Positions 37,945 to 52,100 of a stretch of 64,000 bases of DNA are shown here, piece by piece (position 1 is the stretch's first letter; each line of letters opens with the position of its first letter). The position numbers and the translations under genes are program-made. The stretch spans positions 248,001 to 312,000 of the forward strand of contig JAAOMT010000352.1 of assembly GCA_016748015.1 (NCBI GenBank), read 5' to 3'. Origin of the DNA: Geosiphon pyriformis uo1 (lineage: Eukaryota > Fungi > Glomeromycota). The notes under the pieces were generated by a model. The model searched no databases, was not told the DNA's origin, and saw only the letters and a list, made by a program, of their open reading frames with translations.

Positions 37945-38722
37945 ATTAGGTAAGTTTCTTTGTATGATAGCGGTGTTTGGAATTTATTGGACTTTGAATG
38001 TTCAGGTTTTTGAATAATTCTTGGAGTTTAAATTGCTAAAGGTTTAACAAGTTTTATCGACAATAAGTTTCTTTGTGCGATAGCGGGGTTGAAATTATCA
38101 GGTTTTGAATGTTTGGGTTTTTGAATGATTGGGTCTTAAATAATCAGAGTTTTAATGAGTTTTAATGAGTTTATTAAAGATAAGTTTTGAATGTTTGGGG
38201 TTTTAATAATCGGGTCTTGAATAATTGGAGTTTTAATTTAACGAGTTTTTAACGAATTTATCAAAGGTAAGTTTCGAATGTTCAGAGTTTTAATGATTGG
38301 GTTTTGAATAATCAGAGTTTTAATTTAACAAGTTTTAACAAATTTATCAATGATAATTTTCGAATGTTCAGGATTTTAATGATTAGGTCTTAAATAATTG
38401 GAGTTTTTTAATTTAACAAGGTTTAACAAATTTATCAATGGTAATTTTCGAATGTTTGGGGTTTTAACAATTGGGTCTTGAATAATCGGAATTTTTTAAT
38501 TTAACAAGGTTTAATGAATTTATCAATGGTAATTTTTGAATGTTCGGGGTTTTAATGATCAGGTTTTAAATAATCAGAGTTTTAATGATTGGGTTTTGAC
38601 TAAACAGAGTTTGAATTTAACAATTTTTTTCAAAGGTAGGTTTTGAATGTTCAGGGTTTTAATGTTCGGGTTTTGAATAATTGGAGTTTTAACAAGTTTT
38701 TAATGAATTTTTCAAAGGTAAT
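37945..38722. repeat. ~80-115 bp compound tandem array (~8 units) built of ~16-bp subrepeats
   Basis: Recurring ggtaa(g/t)tttcgaatgttcggggttttaatgat...aatttatcaa. Confidence 0.85.
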
Positions 38723-40085
38723 GGTAAAATAAGGATTTCATAAATTCTAAGTGATTTTCCCTTGTTTTTTCTTGGTCTGTCACTTTTCTGCATGATTGTT
38801 GCTAGTGCTGGTTCTCTGCTAGATTATACTTCACAGGGAGCACCAAATGTTACAAATAATTATTTGGGATCTCAAATCAAATAACAAACTCATAATTTGG
38901 TGCTTAATTGATATACTAATATTGGTAATATCTAAAGATTGTTGGTATCTGAAGGTTTTGGGTTGAGTTCTTTGTATAATAAACAGAGATTCACTATAGT
39001 TGGTTTTAGTTGATTTCTCAAATTATTTTCCCAATTTCTGTTTTTAGCATAGTGGCCAGTTTAATCTGGCAGTTATGCCCTTCTGGTAAGCTATCTGTTA
39101 ATATATAATAATTCTACCCTTATTTCTGGGTCTTTTACCAGGCTATCCTTAACATCAATAATTCAGCATTTAATCTCTTTAATTAATAGTAAATCAACAA
39201 ACAAAAAAAAATAAAATAAAATAAAAAAAAATAAAAAAAAATAAGAAATTAGTATCCTGTTAATAGCTGTAATCAAGAGCTATTGTTCCAGTGTAATTAA
39301 GTGTTAGATTTTATTAACATGAAATGTTGATAAATAGAAGAGTGATTATATTTTCAAACAAATGACAATAACATGGATTTGAAAAATTGGAGAGATTTTT
39401 TATTTATATAATTCCATTTCAGTTGATAGCAACTATCTTTGAAATAAGGGTTAATAAATAGAGAAAAAAGGGGATTGTTCTAAATTAATAAAACTCTATT
39501 GAATTTTTCAGGAATTCTTGAATTCTTCTGGAATTACTTTTTCTGCTTTTAACACACTCATTATATATTTATAATTTATGTTATACAAGATTCTGCACAT
39601 TTGTGAGCAATGTGCCATGATTTCTCAAGCAATGCTTATATTGTTGAGCAATGTGCCTGTAATTTCTGACAATATGCTCATTGCTGAACAATGTGCTATA
39701 ATTCTCTGAAAATGCTTCACATTGCTGAGCAATGTGCTTACATGCTAAATACTATTCTCTTATTGGTCTATTTTCCCTATCTGTTTTTCCTATTATTTTC
39801 TTGTATTTTTTTTCTATGAGTAATAATGTTCAGATACTTAAAAATAGAGAAAGAGAAATTAATGATAAGAAAATAATTGAGATGAAAGTTGTTATTTTAT
39901 TTATTTTATTTCCTTGATTTCTACATACTTTTTTACAGCTAAAAAATTCATCACTTATATAGCTATCAAAAGTGGTCAATGATCAGGTCAATGATCACTT
40001 TCTAAAAATAGAGTGGCTAATTTATATGACATCAATGGCTAATACATATGATAATTAATAAAAAGTATAAATTTCAACTGTAACA

Positions 40086-40647
40086 GTACATTTGAACAAT
40101 ATTGAAAAGTGGCATATAGTCAGTATGCTGCTTTATAATATAGAGTCAGATTGCTTTTTTTTACTTATTGTATTGCTTTTTTGTTGAAAGTTTTCTGGCT
40201 GAAGTCTCTATATGGTGTCTTTAAGTCTAATTGTTCATCTATTTTGTAAAACCAATAAGCTAGAGAAAGTCTTTTTTTCTATTTTTTTGTGTTGTCTGGT
40301 GTTTATTCCTCTGTTTCAGGGAGATCAATCCTATAAGCTAAAACTTTTTTGATTTTTTTGAGCTCAGGGACCAAGTATCTTTTTTTATAAACTTTTTCTT
40401 GTTCCTCTACTCTTTCTTTAAGCCTTGTCTAAGACAATTTAATTCCTTTTTATAAAATTTCTTTCTTGGGTAGAGTGTAGAAATAGAAACAGTTAGTTTT
40501 AGTTTAACTCATGCCCATCTTTTTCTTGCTTTTATCTTTATAGTGTATTTTTTTTCTATCAATTGTCACTTCTATTTGAGCAGAAAATTGTTGAATTGCA
40601 TCAAATAGTTGTTTCAAAAGTTGTAGAATTTGATCTGACAAGTCCAT
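40086..40647 (-). pseudogene. ORF3 of family D (truncated by B4)
   Basis: MDLSDQILQLLKQLFDAIQQ...AYWFYKIDEQLD...KAAY*LYATFQY; aligns by eye to family C ORF3. Confidence 0.65.
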
Positions 40648-43600
40648 GTTGAAAGTTTTATTATTTCTTGCTGTTTTTTGGATGTTATATATATTTAAAT
40701 TCTCTAATTTAATTTGCTGCACATTGTCTACATTTCAATGACAATGATTGGTTCCAGATCTTATGGTTTATTTTCTGGTCTGATTAATAAAATTTGTGTT
40801 CTTAGCTGAGGTATTAATGATGATAATTCCTGTTTTGCATGATAAATTTTTAACCAATTTTCATGTGCTACTTTTTTTAAAATCTTGTCTTCCAATCATA
40901 ATTTGTAAGCTCCATTTCCTAAAGCTTTGTATATGTAAAATAAACCATCTCACTTTGGATCAAACTTTCCACTCTACTGTTTCTTAGTTTTTGTATAATA
41001 TAATAGTACTTGGTCTCCAATCTTAAATTTCATTGGTTGTTCTGATAGATGGTTATCATGTCTTTTTTTTTGTCATTCTAAAGCATGACTAATATTGTTA
41101 GCTGTTATTCTTCAATTGTTTTTCAATGTTTCTATTAGCTAGTATGTTTTTTGATGTAAGATAGCTTTAAAATTCTCTTCATTGATTGTTTCTGTTGGGT
41201 ATGATGGTATCATTTATTCAATTGGTAATATAGTTTTTCTTTCATAGACTAGTTTGAATGATATGAACTGAGTCATATTTTGTTTCAATGTTTGGTATGC
41301 AAAGAATAGAGAAAATATGAATAAGTCTCATTCTTGTTTGTTTTCATGACTTATTTTTGCTAATGCTTCACACAGTGTTTGGTTAAATTGTTCTACCAGT
41401 CTATTTGTTTGTGGGTAGTATAGTGACAATAAGAGTCACTTTATTCCAAACTATTGGCTTAGTTTAGTTAGTGTATTATTAACAAAATGTGTTCTCTAAT
41501 CAGATAATAATTCTTTCAGGCATTCATATCAGCAAATTAAGTCTTGATGCACAAATTTGGCTACTGTTTTGGCATTAACCACTTGGATTGCTTTGGTTTC
41601 TGGTCATTTTGTAAGATAGTCTATGGCTACAGTAATATAATAATTTCCTTGGAATGTAATTGAGAGAAATTCAACCAAATTGATCTCAATTCTATTAAAT
41701 GGATTTCCAACTGGAATGGGTTGAAGTGGTTCTGTTGATTTTGCTCTTCCTTTTTGTTAGCATAAGTCACAATTAAGCACATATTCGAAAATGTTTTTGT
41801 ATATTGTTGGCCAATAATATAAATTTAGTGTTTTTTCGAGAGTAGTATTTTTGTTAAAGTGTTCTGTGATTGGATCAAAATGCATACTATGTAATATAGT
41901 TTCTTTTTTATTGTTTTTTATAACTCATTATGAGGTGGAGCAGTTTTGGTATTCTTATTAATATAGTTGGTTGTCTTGAATAAAATAATTTCGGGCTTGT
42001 TTTTATATGATACTTTGTTTCTGTTAAGATAATATCTTCTTGAAATGTAGTGTTGATAGATACTGATATAATTATTAATAAGTAAGTGTGTCCATGGGTC
42101 TAAGATTAGATTTGTAGTATCTTTGACAAACTGTTAGCATTGGTGTTCTTGAATTCTTTTTTGTAATGGACTTTGAGTGAGAATTGTTGCAGATAAGTAC
42201 TCCATCTTGCATATTTTTCTTCCAGTTGTGAGTTATTAGATAATCAAACAAATCTTTTATGATCAGTATATAGGTCAAAAGGCAGCCAAGATAATATCTT
42301 TATGTCTGTATGGTCTAATAAATGGTGAGACATTCCAGATCTGTTGTGCTGTAATTTTTTTCTATTAGACTAGTATTGCAACTAGTGTAGGCAATTGGAT
42401 GTTCTCTATTGTCCAGTCCTATCTGTAATAAGACTGCTTCTAGAACATTTTTTAAGATGTCTGTAGTGACAATAAACTATTTAATGAAATCTGAGTAAAT
42501 CAGAATTGGAAATATAATCAATTGCTGTTTAAGATAGTCAAATGCTTTCTGTTGGTCTTTTTTTTATAGGTACAGCACATATTTGGACAACAAGTAATAA
42601 AGGAGTTTTGTGATAGTTAAAAACTTTTTGACAAATTGGCAGTAATATCTTGCCAATTCTAAAAATCTTTGTAACTCTTGAAGGTTGATTAGGGCTGGAA
42701 AATCTTTAACTTTTTGGACCTTGTTTGGGTCGGGTTTGACTCTATCTTTGCAATCATATGTCCTAGAAATTTCAACTTGGTTTTTTCAAAGAAACATTTC
42801 TTGAGATTGAGTTTTAATCCAGCATTTTAAAGGCATTTAAAAATTTGTTGAAAGTACAGTAGATGATCATCAAATGTTTCAGAGAACACATTTGTGTTGT
42901 CTAAGTAAACTATAACTAATTTTCAAAGAATTCTTTTGTACACAACATCCATAAGGTGTTGGAACATGACAGAAGTATTGTAGAGTTCAAAGGGTATTAC
43001 ATTAAACTCAAAGTTTTTATCTTGAGTGGTAAATGCCAATTTTTTTTTATCTTTAAAATTCATTTTGACCTGCCAATATCTGCTGGCTAGGTTTAATAAC
43101 AAGAACCATTTCTTTTTTCCTAGATTGTCCAGGATTTCTTAGATAAGAGGAGTGAGATAACTATCTTCTCGAATGATACTATTTAATTTTCAGTAATCCA
43201 TGCAGAATCGTATCTTTCCATTTTTCTTAGTAATCAAAACTACTAAAAAAGACCAAGGACTTAACAATTCCTTGATTAAGCCATTGTCAAGCATTTGTTG
43301 GACTTCTTTTTTGATAAAATTGTCATTAGATGAGAGTATTTGGTAAGTTTATTGTTTAATAGATCAAGTGTCTCCCATATTAATCTAATGCTTTATAATG
43401 TCAGTGTGTTTAAATTCATTTTCACTGGCAAAAACATTAGCATATTGATTCAAAAGAACTTTGAATTGCATTTGCTGGAAAGTACTCAGGTTTTCCAAAT
43501 GTAGTTTGTTGATTTTTTCTGGCATAAACAGGTAATTTTCTTTTGACAAGTTCTATACTTGTGAGGTAATATCACAAAATAAGAATAGCTATGCAAAATC

Positions 43601-43929
43601 TGGAATGGGCTGGAGTTTTTTGGGATGTTAGATGTTCAGTGAGATAGAACCAATGAAAATTCTTTCAGGGATTTCAATTACATCTTCTGTAGAGTTATAA
43701 ATAAGAATTTTGAAGTGTTTATGAGCTTTGACCAGTAGGTATAAGTTAGCAACATTGGCTAGAGAACAGATTTCAAAATTGGCTTCAAATAATAGGGCTT
43801 GATCTTGGATTTTTCGATTTATCTTGAAGATATATTGTCAGTAAGAGGGGATGGAGATAACTGTATCAATGTAGATAAGTTTTACCTGGCCACTATTTTC
43901 TTTCATGAAGTTGATTGGTATGTTTCCTC

Positions 43930-44340
43930 TTCCACTTAATCCAAATCTTTGAATTCTTCAAGCAGTGAAGCCTAATTCTCTTTGGGTTGTTACCAGGATT
44001 AATTAAGGTATTTTGACTAGGAGTAGAAAGATAGCTTGGGCAATCTTTTTTTGTGATTCTATTTTGTAAAGTTTGTTCGAATTGTTCTGTAGCATTACTA
44101 TAATATTCTCCATGTAACTGACATTGATGATTCCTCCTTTTACATCAATTTTTTTCTTGGCTAGACTAGATTAAAAAACAACTTGTACTATTGTACTAAC
44201 AGAAATTTTTAACACTATCTTAAGATCTATTTTTACAAAAGAATGTGGGACTATAATTATGGGTGATTGTTTGGAGTATTATAAGTCAAAACCAGCATCA
44301 GTGTTATGCGCTTTTTTGGGGCAGATTTTTTTTTCATTGT
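43930..44340 (-). pseudogene. dUTPase domain of family D pol
   Basis: PQKAHNTDAGFDL, SSLAKKKIDVKGGIINVSYMENI, KKIAQAIF, RFGLSG. Confidence 0.9.
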
Positions 44341-47300
44341 TACTATACTATTTTAATTCTAATTCTTTGGATAGGTTGGAATATCCAAGATACTGTTCTG
44401 TTTCAGTATCTTCAGTTGGATCTTGAAATAACATGTCTTTGGTAATTAATTCCTTTTTTACCTTAGGTTCCAGTAGTTCAGTAATCAGATATAGTTTTTT
44501 TGAAGGCAGATTGAACATAATATCACATTTGTTACAGTATTGAAAATGGCAAGAAATCAAACAATAATCATATAGTTTTATGTTTAGGTCAGTTAGCCTT
44601 TGTTTTTGCTCTTCCCTAGTTAGTACCAGGTTTTGGTAATGCTCATGAAAGTATTCTGAATTGTCTTCAATATTGCCAAAAACATCAAAAGTCATAATAT
44701 ATTCGAGTTCTGGAAGGGATAAGAAGTTGTTTTTGATTTCCAGTAATTCTCTGGTTGTAGCACTCTCTGTTTTCACACTCATTATTCTCCAAATCTCATG
44801 TTTATTGTGGAAATACTCATCCAATTATCATAATGCTTATTTTTAGACGTTATTAATTGAAGTTTTTTTTGTATCTAATTATTGATCAAGATAATATATT
44901 GACATGCTTTGTTGCATATTTTTTTTCTGCTGAAAATATTGTTCTATAGTCCTTCATCTGACAGGATCTTACCACAGACAAGACATGATGTATTGTTCTA
45001 TTTGCTTTGTCATTTTGGTTTGCCAAATCTTTCCAATACACAAGGTCTGCAGTAATGTTTGGTGGCAGTTGGCCATTTCTTGTTGTTTCTAATACATGCA
45101 TTCATAAAAGATAACTTTTTTTCACAGTCAACACAAATTAATTTCAGGATTTGATATCATTGACTTCCTTAACTTGGGGCAGAATAGTCTGCAGATGCCA
45201 ATTGTAGTTCTTCTGCTTTTTTTTTTCCCTTTTTTTCTCAAGTTGGTGGTGGGGGTAACTCTATTTGGAAATTATTCACTCACAAAACTTGATAGGTTTC
45301 TATGGTTGGTGATAATGTTGTGTCTTTAAATTCAATTAGCAGTTTCTTTGAGCTTTAGACTTTGAAGTATTTACACATAACTGGGACTTGGGCATGTTGT
45401 CTATTAAAGGTGATCTGTAATTCCTGTATGTTCCAGTTAAGAGTGGCATGGACTTTGGCCAACCAGTCGTTTCTAATGAGAACTTGATATTGTGTAACTT
45501 CTATAACCAGGACTTTTGTAGAAATTTGGATTCTGTTGATTTTAAAAAGGAAGTTATCAATTTCTCCAATTGGAGTTTTGGTATTGCCATCTGCAGTAAT
45601 AATTCAAGTAGTTGCAGCATGATTTACTTGGTGATCTAATTGATTCATGAGTTGTTTTGTTATTATACTGTCTGCTAATCTGCTATTGAGAATTAATTTA
45701 ATGTTTATGTTTCCAACTTTAGCATTAGTGTACAGAGCCATAATTGGTTTGTCTTGATTTATGGCAGCTCTACTGAAAAAGCTATTTGTGTTCAGACCAT
45801 CAATGTTAAAGAGAAAGATAGCAGCAAGAGTAGTATCTTCAATGATAGTGGTAGATAGAATAGTATTGTTGATTTGATTTTGCCTCAAAGTGTTAAAAGT
45901 CTCTTTTACATCTTTCCTTTCTAAAAGTGTAAAGCTATAAAAATCTTGGTTTTCAGTAAAACCAAAATATAAGACTTGGTTAGAGTATTTGATTAATGCT
46001 GGTTGAGATAAGGCATTACTATAATTTAGAGATTGTGATAGTACATTGTTAGTCAGCATCTGACTGCCACTAGGGTTCTACCATTCTTGGTTGTAATCAA
46101 TCACACAATATTTAGGTTGGTTATTAATGAGATTTTGGTACTGGAATGCTGCTTGAACCATTGGCTGCAATGACTGATAGTAGTTCTGAAGTAGTTGCTG
46201 GATATACTGAATTTGTTATGAGTATTGAGACGTTAATATTGAGGTGCAGGGTATTAGAATATTATGTTTTGAGGATATTTTGGTTGCTAATATTGATTTC
46301 CTTAATTTTGGTCTATTACTTTCTTATAGTAGTCCTAGATGATGTGTCCAGATTTCTGGTAATAGTAACATTTGCAGAGATTGGATTTCCAAGATTGTTG
46401 TTGTTGCTGATGATTCTGTTATTGTTGGTATCTGTTGTTATTACTATCTTTTCATTGTGATGGCTGGTAAAGTTCTACAGTATCAGCTAAAAATCCCTCA
46501 ATTTTCTAAGTTAATTTCTCACTTAATTGAATTATTTTTGTGTTAATATCAGATGTTTCATTGATAGCCAGGTTAACGGCTTAAGTATAATTAGCCTTTT
46601 GTTCTGCTGACTTAAAGTTACAAGCAAGAGTAACTGTCTCTTATAGGTTTGTTGAGTGGCAGAATCTTACAAATTGGAGGAGACTGCTTTTTAATTCTTT
46701 GACAAATTAATTAAGAATTTGCACCACAGTATAGTAGTCCCTTTCAATGACCTGGATTTAACAAAAAATTTGGTTAAATTGTTCAAGATAAGTGGTTACT
46801 GCTTTATGATCTTTTTGTTTTATAATATTGAACTGATTTTGTAATTTGATGAGAGTGTTGGAATCATAAAAGTATTACAGAAAGACAAGTTTAAAGGTGG
46901 TAAAATCGGTTGGTTTCTTTGCAAGGCTTTGATACCATGAGTCTGCAGTTCCAGTCAGAAAGAATGGCAACACTTGAATGGCTCTATCATCATCTTAATT
47001 GTTGGCAGTAATGGTTTTCTTGGCTTCTGCGATTCATGTATATGCATTGTCTTCTTTACCAAAAAATTTTTCTTATTTGGCAATATCTTAGTAAGCCATG
47101 ATCTGGTAAATAGATGGAGTTTTACTGATTAATGCTAAGGAGTTTGGTGTTTGCAAGTTAGAGTGTTCTCTTGGTGCTAATTCTGGTTGTTTCTCTTTGT
47201 TAATTTTTCCAATGAGCTGGAGGATAGCTGTTTCTTCAAAAAGAGTAATTGATGATTTGGTCAAGGTTTGGGTTGGTAGTGGTTCCCATGTCAACATATT

Positions 47301-47964
47301 TCTATCTGTTTTATTAATTGTTAAGGTAAGATTTTCAAACAATGATCTATATTCTTCTAATGATTTGGTCCAACTGTGTTAACTCCAGAGGTGTAGATTT
47401 CCAGAAGTTTGTGGTGTTTCTAACTGGATTTCTGGGAGTGGGTTGAATACAATTTTACTTTAGGGTGTCTAATAGTATAATGGAGTTTTTAGGGAGAGGA
47501 ACCTTGGTTTTTTGTTGATTGTGGACTTGGCTTGGACAGTTGTGGGGTTGTTGGATTCATTTTTATATTTCTCAGAGTCAAATTCCACTGGTTGTTGTAC
47601 TTGAAAGAATTGTTTTGCCATGTAATATTTAATGTTTGTATTGATTATACACAGAGTTTTAGTGATTGCTTGGGTAGTTATGGCTATTGAGTACCCTAAT
47701 AAGCTTTGATGAATTTGTTCTCCCAGTCTTTCTGTGTTGGTTGTATGGTCTAATAAGCAGTCAATTTTTGCATTGATATAGTTACAAAAATCACTTTCTG
47801 CATAAGCAGTTTCTACTGGTATTCCTAGGTTTTTTTAGAAGTATTGAAATAATGCTTTTCTGTATAGGAAGTGGTCCTTTTTTATTGTTCCAATAGTTAC
47901 CACTTTTGTGAATTTCTGGGGTGCTTTGTTTCTGTAGATTTATAACCTCATAGGGAGCACCAAA

Positions 47965-49006
47965 TATTATAGATAAACTTGGTGAGATAAGAAAATAGTA
48001 ATGTTTGGTGCTCTTAAGTATTGGTAATGCATGTTTTGTGTAATTCTGGTGGCTTAATCTTGATTATTAGTCTCTAAATGTTTTATTTTACTGATTGTGA
48101 ATTTATTTGTTAAGTTCTTTGGTTATAAGACATAGAGTTTTGGTTCTTGCTAATTGCAACTTCTTATAAAGATAAGCTTTCTTTTCCAAGCTAACAAGCA
48201 CAGTTGTTAGGATCTGGTGTTGTCTTTTTGTTCTTCTGGTAAGCTATCAAGATAATGTTAATATCTAAAAACCTAAGAGGAGCTTCTCTTTTTTACCAGG
48301 CTATCACGAAGTTTATTTTCAGACAGTTAATTTTATTATGTTGCTGCTCCACATGAGAAAAATAAAGAAAAAAAATAAAAACAAAAGAAAAAAAAATAAA
48401 AAAATAAATAAATTAGTATTGTCAATCATTATAATTAAAAGTAATTGGTCCAAATCATTAATAGTTTGAAGTGGTTATACTAAGAGCATCTGTTCTAAAA
48501 CAAAGATATGAAACAATGGTTAATTCATGTAAATTTCACAAAGTTTGAGAACATGAATTTATGATTCTGATTTCTTAATGATTAATTTATTTTAAAAGAT
48601 GAATATGGAATATAATAAATAATAAAGAGGTATGAATAATTGATTCCTGTTTAGTAGTTCATATCTATCTATCTGTTTTTTTTCTACTTTCTACAACTAC
48701 TTGTTTTTATACATTCTTTTGGTTTTACAGAATTGCTTCTGATTGTTTCATTATTACTAACTATTGCTTTGTTATTTCTGTTATTGCTTTGTTTTTCTAT
48801 GTTATTACTACTTATTCTACATTATAACATGTTATCTAGTGTTATTATGTGTTATTCTGTGTTATCCCATATTGTAATGTATTATTCTGTGCTATTCTAA
48901 GTTATAATGCATTATCTAACATTATTGTGTACTATTCTGTGTTATGTTACGTTCTGGTCATGTTTTTTCATAATTTCAGATCAGTTTTTCTACTTGGGTA
49001 ACCCCA
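47965..49006 (-). repeat. 5' LTR of family D
   Basis: Abuts the PBS; shares U5 motifs with the C LTR; ~10-bp GTTATTCTGT repeats at 48770-48950. Confidence 0.7.
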
Positions 49007-49192
49007 CTAAAGACAGTTTTTTACTGATTTTTTTTAAAAGAAATGTAGCCAAAATATTTTGTCTAACTGCTTTAATAACAAAGAGATTTTTTCATATTGA
49101 AATTTTATTAGTTACTATAAGAAAAGTAATATTTGCAACTTTTTTACTCTTAGCTCTAGTTGTGATCATAAATTTAGGAGAGAAAGAGTTTT
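49007..49192 (-). mobile_element. 5' fragment of the ORF1-only element
   Basis: Matches 21117-21304, including the 5' end AAAACTCTTTCTCTCCTAAATTTATG. Confidence 0.85.
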
Positions 49193-52100
49193 TCTATTGT
49201 GATTTTTTCAAAGAATATTGTTTCAATATTAGTTTTTATTGGTAAAATTGCCATTTATCTATAAAGCAGATAAAAGAGTTCATAACTAGTTATGTCATAA
49301 TTTACAGTCTTATAAATAAACAAGACTAAAGACAGTACTTTGTTCCATAAGTTTTTTTTTCACTGGTTTTGACTAAGATTTCACATAGTGTTCTATTAAA
49401 ATGTTCTACTAAGCTATTTGTTTGAGAATAATAAAAAAAAAGTTTATAATATATTCCTATTTTTCTACAAAATTTTTCAATTAGTATATTGGGAAAAGCT
49501 TTTTTTCTATCAGATAAAAGTTTTTTGAACAGCTATAACAGCAGATAATATCTTTATAAATGAAATTGGCTATGGAAACTGCTGTTTGGTCTGGAGTGGC
49601 TCTTATTTCTACTTACTTTGTAAAATAGTCAATAGCTGTGATAATATATCTGTTGCCATTAAGAGTTATTGTTAAAAGTCTAATAACATCTATACCAATT
49701 TTGTCAAATAGTTGACCAACAGAGATTAGATAGATATCTTTTTTGTGATTGGAGTGTTTTTTTTTTGGCAGATATTACAGATTTTAATATACTTGCAATG
49801 TTTTTTTCCAAGATAGGTCAATAATAGTAAGTTAAAGTTTTCTGAATTGTTTTTGTTTTTTTAAAGTGTTTAGCTAATAAATCAGTGTACATGTTATAAA
49901 TCACAATTTCTTTTTTTTCAAATTTAATGACTCTTTAGGAGTGGTTAAGATCTTTTTTATTTTTTTTATAAAGTTGGTTCTGGTAAATCAAATAAAATTT
50001 TGATTGTTTGTGTAAATATTCTCTTTGTTGTCAAGTGTAGTTCAATAGGTATTGTTTTTTTCCCAAAAATTTTATTAATGCAAAGTAGTTATCTAAGTCT
50101 ATTATTGTGTTTAGTTAAAATAGAATTACTAATAATTAAGTTGGTTTGGTTTGTAAAGATTGATTTATTACTGATAATTTGCTCCTTTGTAATGTTGAAT
50201 GTCATAGTCAAATTTGTCTAAGTAAAGTATTCAGTAAGTTATCCTTTTATGTTCCAGTTTCTTTTTGTTGCATAACTAAACCAAAATTTAATAATCTGTT
50301 ATTATTAGAAGTTTTACACCAAGAAAATATTTATCTTAGTAATTAGTAGTCCAAACTACTGCTAAGCATTCTTGTTTAGTAACTAAATAATTCTGTTTTG
50401 TTGGTAAGAGTGTTTTACTTGTATATACTATAATATGTTTCTTGCCATCTTTATTTTTTTATAAGAGAACAGTACCAAGTCCATAGCTAAATACATTAGT
50501 ATAGAGAATAAAAGATTGATTCAGATTAGGTTGCATAAAAATAGGTTCTGTAACCAATTTTTGCTTTAAAGTTTCAAATGTTTTTTGTTAATAAATACAT
50601 TTTTTTTGAGTAGCTGATTAAAAAAAAAAGCAATTTTGGAAAAATTTTTGATGAATTTGTAATAATCGAAGACCAATCTAAGAAAAGAGTGTAGTTTATA
50701 AATATTTATTGATTGTTTAATGTTCTGAACTTTTTCAAATTTGGCTGAATCAAGAATAATTCCATTTTTTGTAATAAGATAACCAAAGAACTGGGTAAAT
50801 TGTTATTTAAAGAAAAATTTGATAGGATTAATTTTAAGATCAGTATTTCTGAGGAGATCAAAAATTTTTTATAGATATTTTTTTTTGTTAACATGTAGCC
50901 ATGCTGAATGTTTATTAATTTATGTCTACAAGATTGTAGTACTTTTATAAAACCAGTTTACCCAATAATACAAAAATTACAAGATGCAGTTAATCACAAA
51001 TAAAAAATCTTAACTACACACTAGTACTATCTTTGCTACCTAATGTATTAAACAAATCTAATTCATACATTTTATTCATAATGCTAACAAGTTTATGACT
51101 ATTCTTAATCATACTATTTATCTATTTAGTGGTCTGATTAGGATTGGATTTAATACTAAAAAGCTGATCTTCTTATAAATTCATCATAAGATTAAAGATG
51201 TTATCATAAACAGAATAATTTTTAATATTATCATCATTATTATCATCATCAACCATATCATCATCATCTGATATATCTTCTAAGCAGATTTGTTTACACT
51301 TTTTTTTAAAGTGTGCCATTTTTTTCTGCATTATGAAAGTAACAGCAGCAAAGCTTTTATTTTGCTTAGCCAAAACAGCCACACTTTTCTTTACTGACAT
51401 ATCCACAGCAGGTAAAGTAGACAGCAATTTGGTAACTAATACAACCAAAGTGTTAACAGATTCAATTAAAGATTTTATTAACAAAAAAAGTTTACTAAAA
51501 TGGAATTTCAGAGAAGCCAATCTACATTCAACAGCAATATTGGAAGCAGAAGAGACAACAGACACCATGAGTGTTGTAGTTTTGGAGGAGCCACCAAAAT
51601 TCAAGTTCATATCAACAGCAGCAGCAACAGAAAAAACCACAAAGACAGCAGCTTTGGCATAAAATTTAGAATTAGCAAATGAAAATTTGAAGACTTTGGG
51701 GCCATTAAAAGTGTTGGAAAATAATTTGGGTAGAAAAAAAGTGACATCTTGTAGTCTACAGCCAAATGATTCAAGTCTTGACACTTGTAGCAGTGGCAAT
51801 ATCTAGGAGTTTTTCACTAAATACGGCAACCATACAAGATACCAGTTTTTGATACAGCAATATCCAGAAATTCCAAAGAATCAAAAATAATTACAGCAAA
51901 GCATTAACATTAATATGATTCAGGAAAGCTAGAAATGAAACATGTATGGCCACCAATTTGGAAGACCAAATTACTTATCTCAAAGACAGTACAGCCAAAG
52001 AAAAGATTAACCAACTTAGTTTTAAAAGCATTTCTTGAAGAAATAATTTTATTTTGGTTGACAACAGAGAAAATTTTAATACTGTCTTTCCTAACCAAAA

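Larger units (their letters stand above)
36372..39825 (-). mobile_element. Non-autonomous LTR element, internal-deletion derivative related to family C
   Basis: Two ~950-980 bp LTRs (36372-37319, 38848-39825); 4-bp TSD ATGT (36368-36371, 39826-39829); PBS TGGTGCTCCCTGTG (38828-38845); PPT; no RT or IN. Confidence 0.9.
30085..40085 (-). mobile_element. Family B copy B4 (5' LTR to mid-ORF3); 5' LTR split into 35985-36371 and 39830-40085
   Basis: gag, PR, RT (YLDN 32506-32517), RH, IN and ORF3 fragments on the minus strand; LTR halves rejoin across the 36372-39825 insertion. Confidence 0.94.
40086..49006 (-). mobile_element. Ty3/Gypsy family D (dUTPase-bearing), 5' LTR to mid-ORF3, degenerate
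   Basis: LTR from ~47965 (right end ~49006 uncertain); PBS TGGTGCTCCCTATGAGG (47945-47962); gag; PR LILNSRLADSII; Cys module; dUTPase; RT YLDN (42896-42907); IN ~40860-42060. Confidence 0.92.

Noticed and set aside
37945-38722. CRISPR-like array
   Set aside because: Units are degenerate tandem copies with no unique spacers, there are no cas genes, and the context is a eukaryotic retroelement
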